A program made the translations under genes and the position numbers. Positions 1-13,511 of a DNA stretch of 64,000 nucleotides are shown piece by piece (position 1 is the first letter of the stretch; the number at the start of each line of letters is the position of its first letter). The notes under the pieces are model-generated. The model worked only from the letters and a program-made list of their open reading frames with translations. It did not search any database and had not been told where the DNA came from. Source of the DNA: Eledone cirrhosa (lineage: Eukaryota); the NCBI GenBank assembly GCA_964016885.1, contig OZ024742.1:152024001-152088000 (forward strand), in the 5' to 3' direction.

Positions 1-1459
1 CACTTTATATCTAAAAAAAAAAAGAATAAAATCTAGAACAGATAAACAATACTGTTGTAACTGTCTCATTAGGCGACATCTTTAAATGAATTATAATTAC
101 TAGAATTAACCATATTTTTCCATAATAATATCACAATCAAACTTTTCAAAATATTTTGTAGGAATTATGGAAGATGGTATTTTGGCTACTTTATGAGAGA
201 ACGTCTCAGACATGAATTTTCACTTTATATTACATTTTTTCCTAAATAATTTTGCCTTTCTTTTGTATAATTTAAATATATGTTTAAATATATAACATTT
301 TTTCCCTTATCGGTTATAATTATTATCATGATAATGATATTTTACTTAAGTGGCCAATACTATTGAACAAAAGGGTAAGATCTTGCTATACACATTAGAG
401 AGGATTGTTGTGTTAATGTCTGGACGAAACCGCCTCATTATATATATCACAATTTTGGTCTTTGAAAATGTGGAATGGTCCTTCGTTGGTTTCGACGATG
501 AGTGTCCTAGCTATTCGATCAACGGAACAGGTTGCTCAGAAGAATAACGTGTAAGTGCTTGAGCATACTACAGACAATTATATCTTTAACTTAATTCTCT
601 GGGAAATTCAGAGCGACAAGGCTGGTCCGTCGAATTATAGGTATACAGTCCATCTGATCAAACAATATCCATCTATTCAGTTTCACTTACTAGACGTTAG
701 ATCAACTCGAGGCTATGATAAAATCACTTACCCAAGACGCCACGCATTGGTACAGAACCCGAGCGATAATGATTTCGAAATATTCAACTATATTGCGTCC
801 TTCATTTGAAAATGTATAAATGTAGCAATATCCCTTTTGTCTCAACTATAATATCGGTTATCTCCAATTTAGTCAATCGACACTAATAATATTATATTGT
901 CTAAGTAAGGAGCATTTCAAGAGATTGGTGCAGAAATTACACAGAGGTTAAGAAATTCTCTCGTACTAAGTGACTCAAAATCCAATGCTACTGTACGATA
1001 TTGTGGGCATATGTTTTTTTACCATATTGTCGGGTTGACCTGTGATTTGTGAGTGCATTTGGTGCATGAAAATTATACTGAAGAAAGTTGTATACAGACA
1101 CAGACATACATATATATATATGCGTGTGTGTCATTGAATGAGTGTGTACGTGTGTACTTCTATTGGTTCCAGCCATTGGATTTTAGTCATGCTGGGGCAC
1201 CGCTTTGGTAGATCTTAGTCATTATATCGAACACGCTACGTTGTCATGAAAGCATTTTATAGATTTATATCATTTTAAAGAACAATAGCTTATACACACT
1301 GACACACATGCACTCACACAAACACACACACACACACACATATATATTTAAGTACACTGTTATTTAAAACAACTACCTCTGTATATATATATATATATAT
1401 ACATATATGTATATACAATGATATTAAATAAATGGAAACTATATTTATAAAACCATATT

Positions 1460-1520
1460 TATTTTATTATATATATTTCAAGGGTACCAAGACATTGGTA
1501 CGCTTTCATCAGATAAAATA
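1460..1520 (-). ncRNA. Type-I hammerhead ribozyme (family K pseudo-LTR fragment)
   Basis: Minus strand reads TATTTTAT-CTGATGA-AAGCGTACCAA tgtc TTGGTACCCTT-GAAA-TATATA-TA-ATAAAATA: 8-bp stem I, canonical core, stem II, palindromic stem III, AUA site. A truncated copy of the same family is at ~62821-62888. Confidence 0.85.
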
Positions 1521-1923
1521 CAAAGTTGTTTTATAAATAGAGACATACCCATGAAAATCATACATTATCGGTTGGATATTCACTGGCTAGTGGAAATATA
1601 TTAGGGATTTTTCAAACTTATGTGTGAATATGCAAATGAATATGTGAATAATTGAAAAACAACCGTTTATTTCAACGACTATGGAGAGAGAGAGAGAGAG
1701 AGAGAGAAGAGATAAGAGGAAAAGAATAAATAGTGCGAGAGAGAGAGAGAGAGAGAAGAAAGAAACAAGAGAAGATGAACAAGAGAAGATGAAAAAAACT
1801 CATATAACGTTAATTTGAGGGAAATATATTCTATGTATATATCTTAATAGTACGTGTATTTACGATTAGTTGTTTAAAATTTGTTTATGATATAATATTT
1901 TTCTTCTGTTATAAGTAGATAGA

Positions 1924-1958
<35 letters not shown>

Positions 1959-1997
1959 AAAAAAAATATATATATATATATATACATACATACATAC

Positions 1998-2060
<63 letters not shown>

Positions 2061-2101
2061 CATACATATGTATATATATATATATATATATACATACATA
2101 C

Positions 2102-2172
<71 letters not shown>

Positions 2173-2232
2173 TACATACATCCATATATATATACATATA
2201 TATATATTTAAAAAATAGAGGTGTGACACATG

Positions 2233-3745
2233 AGTTGTGATATATTAGTAAAAAGGAAAAAGAAAAAGCTGACAAATTTTTCTCAGTGAAAAATAGTTTA
2301 ATTAGGAATAAGTATAAATTAGTAATAAGTATTAGTTAGTATTCAGTTTTAGTTTTAAGTTTTCACCGGTTGCTCATTTCTAATGCTTTTCAAAAATAAT
2401 TTTGAGCGCCCGTGATGTTTTCTCTAATCTGATTAGTTTTGGAAATTCTTCCTGTTTTATGTGTAAAAAGTGGCTCCAGAGGTATTAAGATTTGGTTGGT
2501 TGTTTAATGTCACGTGAATAAGCACTATAAATTTCGCGCCAATTCGTGTTGCAAAAATTCTTGTAGTCAAAACAATTTTGATTGGTCTGTAGAAGTCACG
2601 TGAATGTTAAAATTGATTTTAGCGCGAACTGGTTTCGCGCCAAATGTAGGTTTGTCGAAGAGTGTCCTTTTTCCGCTTGATTGAGTTGCAGTCATGTTGA
2701 GAATCACTGAAAAATATGTCTATTAAGACAAATATGTGTGTGTGTATATAGTAAAGTGGTTCATTGTTGTGATAATGGTCAGTATGGATGTGTGTGAGTT
2801 GCAGTCACGTTGAAAGGTCAACAGTTCAGGTGTGTATTAAGACAATTATGTGTGTGTGTAGCAGAGTGGTTGATTGTTGTGATAATGGGGATGAATCGGA
2901 CAGTAGGAATGTGTGTGTACGTGTGTGTACACAACAAGGAACTACTCTGCTACAGCTCTTGTCTTATACGGAGAAGTGTGTGTATGTCTGTCCCTATGTT
3001 AGTGTACGCGTGTGTGTGTGTGTGTGTGGATGTACCAGTATGTTTGTGAGACTGGTAAAAATGTTGTACATTATTCGATATTTTCAGTCATTTACAAAAA
3101 CGATTCTCTCAAAAGAACACCAATAACATCAATAATAAAAGAGGTGAAATGATGTATAGTATTGCCATAACAACAAGGTGTGTGTGAGTCCAGATTGTAC
3201 GTACTGCAAGGGGAATCCATTAGGCCCTGCCGTATGGGATAGTTGTGTACAAATATGTATGTGCTCATCAATGTGCAATACATGTGTGCGTATGTGTATG
3301 TGCGCGTGTCGGCACGTGTATATCTATAAACATCAAAAGGTGACGCGAAACCAGTTCGCGCTAAAATCAATTTTAACATTCACGTGACTTCTACCGACCA
3401 ATCAAAATTGTTTTGACTACAAGAATTTTTGCAACACGAAGTGACGCGAAATTTATAGTGCTTATTCACGTGACATTAAACAACCAACTAAATCTTAATA
3501 CCTCTGGAGCCACTTTTTACACAGAAAACAGGGAGAATTTCCAAAACTGGTCAGATTAGATCAAAAATCACGCGCGCTCTATCTCAAAAATTACTTTTGA
3601 AAAGCATTAGAAATGCGCAACCGGTAAAATGTTAAACTAAAACTGAATACTAACTAATACTTATTACTAATTTATACTTATTCCTAATTAAACTATTTTT
3701 CACTAGGAAAAATTTGTCAGCATTTTCTTTTTCCTTTTTACTAAT
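2233..3745 (-). mobile_element. Non-autonomous remnant of the Neptune-like PLE family (3' UTR plus inverted pseudo-LTR), family H
   Basis: ~400-bp inverted arms at ~2233-2642 and ~3340-3745. Arms and interior are similar to the 3' UTR/pLTR of the PLE at 51687-55063 (e.g. TCTTATACGGAGAAGTG and GTACATTATTCGAT are shared). Flanked by (TA)n. Confidence 0.75.
3595..3628 (+). ncRNA. Variant minimal hammerhead-like motif (UUGAAAA...GCAA), family H
   Basis: TT-TTGAAAA-GCATT aga AATGC-GCAA-CCGG-TA-AA. Mirror copy at ~2361-2397 (-), other copies at 51808-51844 (-) and 54902-54938 (+). Stem I is weak. Confidence 0.5.
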
Positions 3746-3762
3746 ATATATATATATATATA

Positions 3763-3959
3763 TAGTAATAATAATAAATTTGAAGACTAAAATCCAAAGA
3801 GGGCTCGATAAGGATAAATATATATCAAATATATAAGAACCGTAGAGCAAATATTTATTAAAATAACAGATTAAAGTTTAAGCAAAGAATCGCTGCTTCC
3901 CGTTAAGGGTGAAAGCAGCGATTATTTGCTTAAACTTTAATCTGTTATTTTAATAAATA
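3763..3959. mobile_element. Fold-back pseudo-LTR fragment, family B
   Basis: Arms ~3853-3898 and ~3912-3959 are inverted and turn at CCCGTTAAGGG (HHR stem II). Same family at 37592-37659, 38886-39080, 40890-41012, 41814-41853 and 63270-63490. Confidence 0.8.
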
Positions 3960-3995
3960 AATATATATATATATGTTTATATATATGTATATATA

Positions 3996-4028
<33 letters not shown>

Positions 4029-4091
4029 ATGTATATATGTATATATATGTATATATATATATATATATGTATATATATGTATATATATATG

Positions 4092-4136
<45 letters not shown>

Positions 4137-5008
4137 ATATATATGTGTATATATATATATATGTATATATATATATGTATATATATATGTATATTTATAT
4201 GTATATATATATATATATGTATATATATATGTATATGTGTGTATATGTATATGTATATATATGTATATATATATGTGTATATGTATATATGTATATATAT
4301 ATACGTGTATATATATGTGTATATATGTATATGTATATGTATATATATATGTATATATATATATGTGTATATGTATATATGTATATATATATACGTGTAT
4401 ATATATGTGTATATATATGCATATATATATATGTATATTAACAAGAGGAATTCCAACTTTGTCTGATTTACTCGTTTTATTTACAATCCTTTAAAATTTA
4501 TAATGGTATTATAATCAAATAGTATGATAGAATATTAAATTCTAAGTGTTAATTGAACAAGTACTTTCATGCTTTCGCAATCTTAAGCTTCATAATATGT
4601 GGTGAAAATTGCAAACTTGACTGTCACCACATATTATGAACCTGAAGATTGCGAAAGCCTGAAAGTACTTGTTCAATTAACACTTAGAATTTAATATTCT
4701 ATCATACTATTTCATTATAATACCATTATAAATTTTAAAGGATTGTAAATAAAACGGGTAAATCAGACAAAGTTGGAATTCCTCTTATTAATATAATCTT
4801 CTATACACAATCATACACACCTGTGTATATTTATCTATCTCTCTCTATATATATGTATATATATATATGGATATATGTATATATATATATGTGTATACAT
4901 ATATGTATATATATATATATGTGTGTATATATATGTGTATATATATATATGTGTATATGTATATATATATATGTGTATATATATATATATGTATATATAT
5001 GTATATGT

Positions 5009-5040
<32 letters not shown>

Positions 5041-5181
5041 GTATATGTATATATATATATATGTATATATATATGTATATGTATATATATATATATGTAT
5101 ATATATATGTATATATATATATATATGTATATATATATGTATATGTATATATATATGTATATATATATGTATATATATATG

Positions 5182-5212
<31 letters not shown>

Positions 5213-5261
5213 GTATATATATATGTATATATATATGTATATATATATGTAATTATATATG

Positions 5262-5292
<31 letters not shown>

Positions 5293-5350
5293 GTATATAT
5301 ATATATGTATATATATATATATGTATATATATATGTATATATATATATGA

Positions 5351-5402
<52 letters not shown>

Positions 5403-5413
5403 CTATATGTATG

Positions 5414-5480
<67 letters not shown>

Positions 5481-5600
5481 GTATATGTATATATATGTAT
5501 ATATATATGTATATATATGTATATATATGTATATATATATGTATATATATGTATATATATATGTATATATATGTATATATATATGTATATATATGTATAT

Positions 5601-5652
<52 letters not shown>

Positions 5653-5725
5653 GTATATATATATATGTATATATATGTATATATATGTATATATACATAT
5701 ATATACATATATATGTATATATATG

Positions 5726-5757
<32 letters not shown>

Positions 5758-5944
5758 CATATACATATATATATATACATATATATACATATATATATAC
5801 ATATATATACATATATATATACATATATATACATATATATATACATATATATACATATATATACATATATATATACATATATATACATATACATATATAT
5901 ATATACATATATATATACATATATATACATATATATACATATAT
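3960..5944. repeat. Degenerate (TA)n/(TATG)/(TACA) microsatellite arrays, interrupted by the 4436-4835 element
   Basis: Seen directly. Similar arrays at 1967-2207, 7485-8460, 9180-9885, 14337-17590, 22951-24050 and many shorter tracts. Confidence 0.95.
4436..4835. mobile_element. Palindromic (fold-back) HHR-bearing element, family A, copy 1
   Basis: Arms ~4436-4604 and ~4625-4795 are reverse complements. The plus arm has an HHR at 4637-4675 (TGAAC-CTGAAGA-TTGC gaaa GCCT-GAAA-GTAC-TT-GTTCA); the mirror HHR at 4554-4592 has a mutated core. Confidence 0.85.
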
Positions 5945-7480
5945 CTTTTTCGTGATTGCCCTTTGAGGAGCTTCAAGTTTCATGATACTTTGTTTCGTGT
6001 GGGGAGACCACAGTGGACAACAGTATTCAAGGTGTGGTCGGGCGAAAGTAGAGAAGAGAAGGATAATGGTGCGGGAATCTCTCGACTGGAAGGTTCTGAG
6101 GATCCAGGAACACATTCTGCGGGCCATGTCAACTTTGCTGCTTATATGCGTGGTCCAGCTTATGTTGCTGTCCACGGTTACTCCCAAGTCTCTGATGTTG
6201 TTAGATGCCACGAGAGTTTCCCCGGAGGGAAGGGAGTACGGGAGTTTCAGAGCATCCTCTTTTCCAAAGTGGATCAGTTCGAATTTGTCTTCGTTCAGTA
6301 ACATGTTGTTCTTTTCTGCCCATTGGGTAACAGCCAGTAGGTCTGACTGAAGGCTTATCCGGTCATCCACGCCATTGATGACCTTTTCGAGCTTGGAATC
6401 ATCAGCGAAAATTTTAATGTTGCTGTGTTTGATGATGTCAGTGATGTCATTAATATAGATGATGAAGAGAAGTGGGCCCAACACAGTGCCTTGTGGGACC
6501 CCACTACTGACTTTGGCTGGGCTTGATTTGACTGCCTCAACTACAACATGTTGGGTTCTGTTTGACAGGAAGCTCTTGATCCACTGCTGCAGCTTTCCAG
6601 TGACACCAATATTGGACAGCTTTCGCAGTAGAATGTTATGATCAACCCTGTCAAAGGCCTTGCTGAAATCAAGGTAGATAACATCAGTGTTGGAACCCTC
6701 TCCCAAGGCTCTCAAAATGTCATCAAAGTGATGCAGTAGCTGCGTCAGGCAATCCCTTCCATTACGGAATCCATGCTGGTTGGAGTTCAGCATATTGTTA
6801 CTCTCAAGGAAGTGGGTCATTCGCGATCTCACCACTCGCTCAAATACCTTAATGATATGAGAGGTGAGTGAGATTGGACGGTAATTCACGGCAAGGGATT
6901 TGTTTCCCTTTTTGAAAACTGGGACAACAGACTGGGATAGAAGGTTTTCTGGCACATATCCAGCATCCAGTGAGTTCCGCCACAGATTGGTAAGAGGAGA
7001 TGCAAGTTGGCGTTGACACGCCTTCAAGACACAAGCAGGGAACCTATCGGGACATACTGCTGAATTATGCTTGATTTCCTTTATTGCCGCCAAGACATCA
7101 GGGGCGCCAAACGTTATGTCTGATAAGGTGTAATGGGGAGTAACATCGCCGATACAGCCCAGATCGGCCATATCAGGATTGCTGAACACAGAGCAGTATT
7201 GTTTCTGCAGTATCTCACCCATGGTTTTAGCATTGTCTTGAAGAGTGCCATTTTCATCAATTAGAGGGCCAACAGTAGAGCCAGTGATTTTGTGTTTTTT
7301 TGCAAATGAAAAGAACACTTTGGGATTGAGTTTGATCTTCTCAATGGCCCAGGCCTCTTCAGCTCTTCTCTGATTGTTGATGAGGGACATTATGTTGTTT
7401 TGGAGGTTATGTTTTTTAATCTCTAGTGATGAAATGGCAGTCAAGTTGATGTGTTGCTGCTGACAGTATTTCAGCTTGTT
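5945..7480 (-). mobile_element. CR1-clade LINE fragment encoding an uninterrupted reverse transcriptase domain
   Basis: Real part of ORF 4835..7444: [73 protein letters not shown]. No endonuclease domain. Both ends run into (TA)n. Confidence 0.92.
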
Positions 7481-7551
7481 GATTTATATATATACATATA
7501 TTGATTATATATATACATATATATATATACATATATTGATTATATATATAC

Positions 7552-7596
<45 letters not shown>

Positions 7597-7601
7597 CATA
7601 C

Positions 7602-7658
<57 letters not shown>

Positions 7659-7668
7659 CATATATATG

Positions 7669-7779
<111 letters not shown>

Positions 7780-7780
7780 G

Positions 7781-7827
<47 letters not shown>

Positions 7828-7836
7828 GTATATATG

Positions 7837-7871
<35 letters not shown>

Positions 7872-7906
7872 GTATATATATATACATATATATGTATATA
7901 TATATG

Positions 7907-7951
<45 letters not shown>

Positions 7952-7968
7952 GTATATATATACATACA

Positions 7969-8001
<33 letters not shown>

Positions 8002-8022
8002 GTATATGTATATATATATATG

Positions 8023-8072
<50 letters not shown>

Positions 8073-8094
8073 TATATTTATGTATATATATATG

Positions 8095-8128
<34 letters not shown>

Positions 8129-8259
8129 CATACATATATATATATATATACATATATCTATATGTATATATATATGTATATATATACATACATATATATA
8201 TATATACATATATATATATATGTATGTATATATGTATATATATACATATATATATATAT

Positions 8260-8466
<207 letters not shown>

Positions 8467-8591
8467 TATACATAGATAGAGAGAGGGAGAGAGACAGATA
8501 GAGAGAAATAACAAAATGAAGAGTGTGAAGAACAAATGTTAATTCTAGTTCGTTGAAACGATGATAGTGAGTGAAGAGGGTGAATCGTTTT

Positions 8592-8657
<66 letters not shown>

Positions 8658-9202
8658 TAGAGAGAGGCAGAAGAAAGAACATCTCAGCATTCTTTACAAT
8701 ATCTTATGATATATCATATGGATATAACAAAGTGAAATAAAATAAAACAGAACTAAAACAGGAAAGTCTATGGTGTGAAGGCCACAACAGTATAAACTCT
8801 GGAAACTTTATAGCTACTATACAATATGAAGGAAAAATAAATTCACTTACATATAAAACATTTCTAGAAGTGAGTGCTTTTCTGGAAGAATTTCAAGCAA
8901 ATATATAATCTACGCATAAAGTTGTTTTTCCTTAAGCAATTACTGCGTCCAACTTTATCATGTCGTTACTAGCAGTAATACGCTGAATGAGTTCTGTAAG
9001 CATCAAATAACCGAATGAATTAGTGATATTTCTTTGATTTCCCGTTCCTTGTTATATTACGAAATACCTTTGGGTCATTTTAACGATATTATTAGCAGGA
9101 ATTCTTCATTGCGCTTTTTCTTATTTCTTTCACTACACATGTATACGTATGAACTTATACAACATATATAGATGTATATATAAATATATATATACACACA
9201 TG

Positions 9203-9256
<54 letters not shown>

Positions 9257-9388
9257 CGTGTGTGTGCATATGTATGCTTATATACATACATATATACACA
9301 CATACACACATGCAGCTGTAAATACATATTTATACATATATAAATATTTATAAATATATATATGAATATATATATATGTATATAAATG

Positions 9389-9472
<84 letters not shown>

Positions 9473-9476
9473 TATA

Positions 9477-9541
<65 letters not shown>

Positions 9542-9594
9542 GTACATATATATATATATATATATGTGTGTGTGTATAAATGTATATAAATATA

Positions 9595-9638
<44 letters not shown>

Positions 9639-9803
9639 TATGTATATATATATATGCATATATATATATGCATGGATATATATATATACATATATATATA
9701 TACATATATACATACATATATATATATATATATATACATATATATATGCATATATATATATGCATGGATATATATATATATATACATATATGTATATATA
9801 TGG

Positions 9804-9836
<33 letters not shown>

Positions 9837-9875
9837 TGTATATATGTATATATATATATATATATGCATATATAC

Positions 9876-9912
<37 letters not shown>

Positions 9913-10239
9913 AAGAGAAGAAGAGAGTGAGAGAGAGATATACATACACATAGGGTGGCGACGACGGTATTCGGTAATTGAATATTGAAGGAGGAGATTA
10001 GAATTAAGGCGAAGTGAACCGGATAGTCAATATTATAAATGTATTTACCGTATTCACAGCCGATATTAAATTACTATAGAGACCTATATAGAAAAATAAT
10101 TTTCATTCATTTTTCTCTCTACTTGTTTTAAAGCGACTGGTGTTTTCAAATAATCATAGGCTCGGTAAATTCAAGAATTTTATGGTTAAATAGATGATGG
10201 TATATATATATATATATATATGATATATATATATATATA

Positions 10240-10458
10240 TATATCGATCGACTTTCGTCAAATCGGACCGAGTAAACAATGTTTTCGTCGGTATTTCCAG
10301 TTGCTAGTACTATCTATCGGTCGCATCTCCAGGTAGAAGGACAACGTGAAATAAAGTGTCTTGCTCAAGGACATAACGCATCGCCCGCTCCAGGAATCGA
10401 ACACACAACCTCAAGATTGTGAATTCAATGCTCTAACCACTCATCCACACGCCTTCAC
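10240..10458 (-). mobile_element. tRNA-derived SINE (family 1)
   Basis: Minus strand has A-box-like GATGAGTGG and B-box GTTCGATTCC, then TGTCCTTGAGCAAGACAC. Homologous to 55760-55935 (+) and 26040-26352 (-). Confidence 0.75.
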
Positions 10459-10459
10459 A

Positions 10460-10505
<46 letters not shown>

Positions 10506-10607
10506 TTACATACATACATACCCACACACACACACATATATATATATATTGTATTGTAAAGGCTCTGATACAATAAACACAGAGCTGGCCTATCTAAGAA
10601 CTAACTA

Positions 10608-10663
10608 ACTGCCTGATGAGGTCTTAGCCACTCAATGGCTATCATCGAAATATATATAGCAGT
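10608..10663 (+). ncRNA. Type-I hammerhead ribozyme, family Q
   Basis: ACTGC-CTGATGA-GGTCT TAGCCA ctcaa TGGCTA TCATC-GAAA-TATATA-TA-GCAGT, followed by AATAAA. Confidence 0.8.
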
Positions 10664-10792
10664 AAATAAAGGATTATGAGTTCATGCAATTGACTTAAGT
10701 TTCGTCACTATATATATATATACAAATTATAAAAATTATAAATTATAAAAAATAAACCAAAGAAGCCTTCAATACATCAAAAGTCTTTATTA

Positions 10793-10830
10793 GCCAACAA
10801 TGTTTCGTCCTATTAAGGACTCATCAGGGC
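10793..10830 (-). ncRNA. Minimal type-I hammerhead, family R (mirror copy)
   Basis: Reverse complement is GCC-CTGATGA-GTCCT taat AGGAC-GAAA-CATTG-TT-GGC. Confidence 0.85.
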
Positions 10831-12125
10831 AAATAAAGCTACAAGAAGCACTATCGGCCAATACAAGCCCAAAACTCAGAAGAATATGGAGTATACATCT
10901 ATTAAAGCCTAGGAAGGATATCAAGGAAAAGTAGGCTAAGATTAAGAGTGAGCAGTTACAAACATAGATATAGACCAAATAGCAAGGAAGTGATTAACAT
11001 GTTGAACCCACATTGTAAATATTATATAATGCAAAAACTTGAAACACAAATGGTAATATAATGCGAGAATTACAGTACGATATAGAATATAATATAATAT
11101 AATAGATGGTGATAATAAAAAGCTTAATATACGTATATATATATATATATCTATACATATATACATTAGTACAAACACAAACTAACACTTATTAAGTATT
11201 TAAATATATATATATATATTGTTTACAGTATATAATAAAGATAAAAATAAGAATAAAGATAAAAATAAAATATAATATATAATTCCCTGTGAGTGTGCAT
11301 AAACAATATAAAAACATTATAATAACATTATAATAACAATATTATAATATATTGGCATCAAAAGATATACAAAATTACATCATATATATAATTCAAGGTT
11401 AACAAATAGTATAAATTTTAACACAGAGTAAGAAAAAAATCATATCGAACTAAATAGTGTTGAAAAAATTGTGTTGAAAAAAATATCTATACCATTGCAA
11501 CAAATACACGGAGGTCAAGACGTTTTACATTGGCATAAATATTGCCAAAATATCACAAGATATTACAAAATATAACAGAACAGTTCTTTAAATAACATAT
11601 ATTAAAATCTATAATACGATTACATAAAAATGATTTGATATAACAACATTAATATCAAATATCAAACAGAGTCTAAGGAAATGCTTAATAAATATTTACG
11701 TGGTTGACATACACAGACATATATTAATGAACAGCGTGTGGTAGTAAAAAAATAAATAAAATAAACCGAAGATCGAAAAACAAAAACAAATATATTTACT
11801 TAGGTGTCACAAGCGGTTAAGTAAAAGAAGAGATAGAAATGTAAGCGGCGAATTGACTAGAAAACCTTTTTAAATTAATTAATATTAAAAGTATTTAAAA
11901 TCCATATTTAGTCACTTCAAAATTGGCTATAGTTTAAGTCATCAAAATCGTATAAGTTAATCACTTCCTTGCTATTTGGTCTATATCTATGTTTGTAACT
12001 GCTCATTCTTAATCTTAGTCTACTTTTCCTTGATATCCTTCCTAGGCTTTAATAGGCTTTAATACTCCATATTCTTCTGAGTTTTTGGCTTGTATTGGCC
12101 GATAGTGCTTCTTGTAGCTTTACTT

Positions 12126-12163
12126 GCCCTGATGAGTCCTTAATAGGACGAAACATTGTTGGC
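12126..12163 (+). ncRNA. Minimal type-I hammerhead, family R
   Basis: GCC-CTGATGA-GTCCT taat AGGAC-GAAA-CATTG-TT-GGC-TAATAAA: canonical core, GUU site. Confidence 0.88.
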
Positions 12164-12312
12164 TAATAAAGACTTTTGATGTATTGAAGGCTTCTTTGGT
12201 TTATTTTTTATAATTCTTCGGCTCTGTTTAATTACATTGAGTTATATCTTATACTGTCATTTCTATAATATGAAGAGGGTTTTTAACTCCAACACACTCT
12301 AGTATTTTAATT

Positions 12313-12339
<27 letters not shown>

Positions 12340-12347
<8 letters not shown>

Positions 12348-13078
12348 AAATAACAGGAGACTGGACTTGTTTACATCCTTGAAAGGTTTATTATACTATG
12401 ATTATTTCAATGACCGGGTTCCGTATGAATCCGGTGATATTATCAGGTATTCGAAATATAATAAATGAATGTAACAGATAACATCCATGGGGCTGAAAAT
12501 TATTAGACCCGAGGACGACCGACCATCTAGCATCTTCCACTTTAGCCGGCTATTCGGTCTACTTAAGGCTATCTGGTGAGGGGGCGAAAGCATATACTGT
12601 TCCAATTTTCTGTTCACACATTATACCATGCAGACGCCCACTATATATCCCTCTGTTATAATATATACCTCTGTTAAGATATAGGTTCTTTAGAATAACA
12701 TTTTTCGCGGCAATTCCTAGCCTGATTGTAGCATGTCATTAACGCTGACTTTTCTTCTTCGTCTCTGTCTTTTTTTCCTCTTTAACCGGGAGGTTAGTAG
12801 CACGGTATAAGCTTTCGCCCCCTCACCAGATTGCCTTAGTAGACCGAATAGCCAGCACTTGAGGGCGACCGGCTAAAGTGGAACATGCTAGATAGTCGGT
12901 CGTCCTCGGGTCTATGATTTTCAGCCCCATGGATTTTATCTATTATCATCAGGTATTCGAAATATAATAAATGAATGTATCACCGGATTCATACAGAACC
13001 CGGTCATTGAAATGATCATAGTATAATAAACCTTTCAAGGATTTACACAAGTCCAGCCGCCTGTTATTTTATTATAAT
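12340..13078. mobile_element. Inverted-repeat element, family D, with a degenerate HHR at 12393-12450 (-)
   Basis: Arms ~12340-12597 and ~12805-13078. Left arm minus strand: ATAC-CTGATAA-TATCACCGG..CCGGTCATT-GAAA-TAATCA-TA-GTAT-AATAAA. The right arm keeps GAAA-TGATCA-TA-GTAT but its CTGATGA segment is inverted. Confidence 0.75.
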
Positions 13079-13260
13079 AATTAAATCCGTACTCGCACCA
13101 CCAACTACACAAACGAAGACGGTTGAGCTTCATTACGTTGAGTACTCTCCATATTATTACATCATGATTGACCATACGGAATGACCAACTCTATCCAGTG
13201 GTGAACCTTCAAACCTAAATATATATATATATATACACACATACTTACATATATATATAC

Positions 13261-13293
<33 letters not shown>

Positions 13294-13297
<4 letters not shown>

Positions 13298-13492
13298 AAC
13301 AAGTGTGACCCCGACGGCAGAGCTCAAGCCGTTTCGACGGCTATTTCTGGACTCAGTCCAGAAATAGCCGTCGGAACGGCTTTCGCCCTGCCGTCGGGGT
13401 TATACTTGTTCCTATTACCCACTCTACTACCCTAAGTATTGAGTACTTTGATGCGTTATGGTCCATCAGATTCCTTACCACAATGCCTTCGC
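13294..13492. mobile_element. Fold-back pseudo-LTR fragment, family U (pLTR of the PLE at 46547-50118)
   Basis: Arms turn at TTCTGGACT/c/AGTCCAGAA (~13345-13363). Contains the 3' half of the family-U HHR. Same family at 35031-35218 and 45169-45385. Confidence 0.8.
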
Positions 13493-13511
13493 TATATATA
13501 TATATATATAT

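Larger units (their letters stand above)
10741..12216. mobile_element. PLE-type 3' UTR with ~255-bp inverted pseudo-LTRs, family R
   Basis: 10741-10998 is the reverse complement of 11956-12216. Each arm carries an HHR. The interior is AT-rich and non-coding. Confidence 0.8.

Noticed and set aside
12573-12597. CTGGTGA-GGGGGC-GAAA-GC hammerhead-like string
   Set aside because: No pairing stem I or stem II. The family's real HHR is at 12393-12450.
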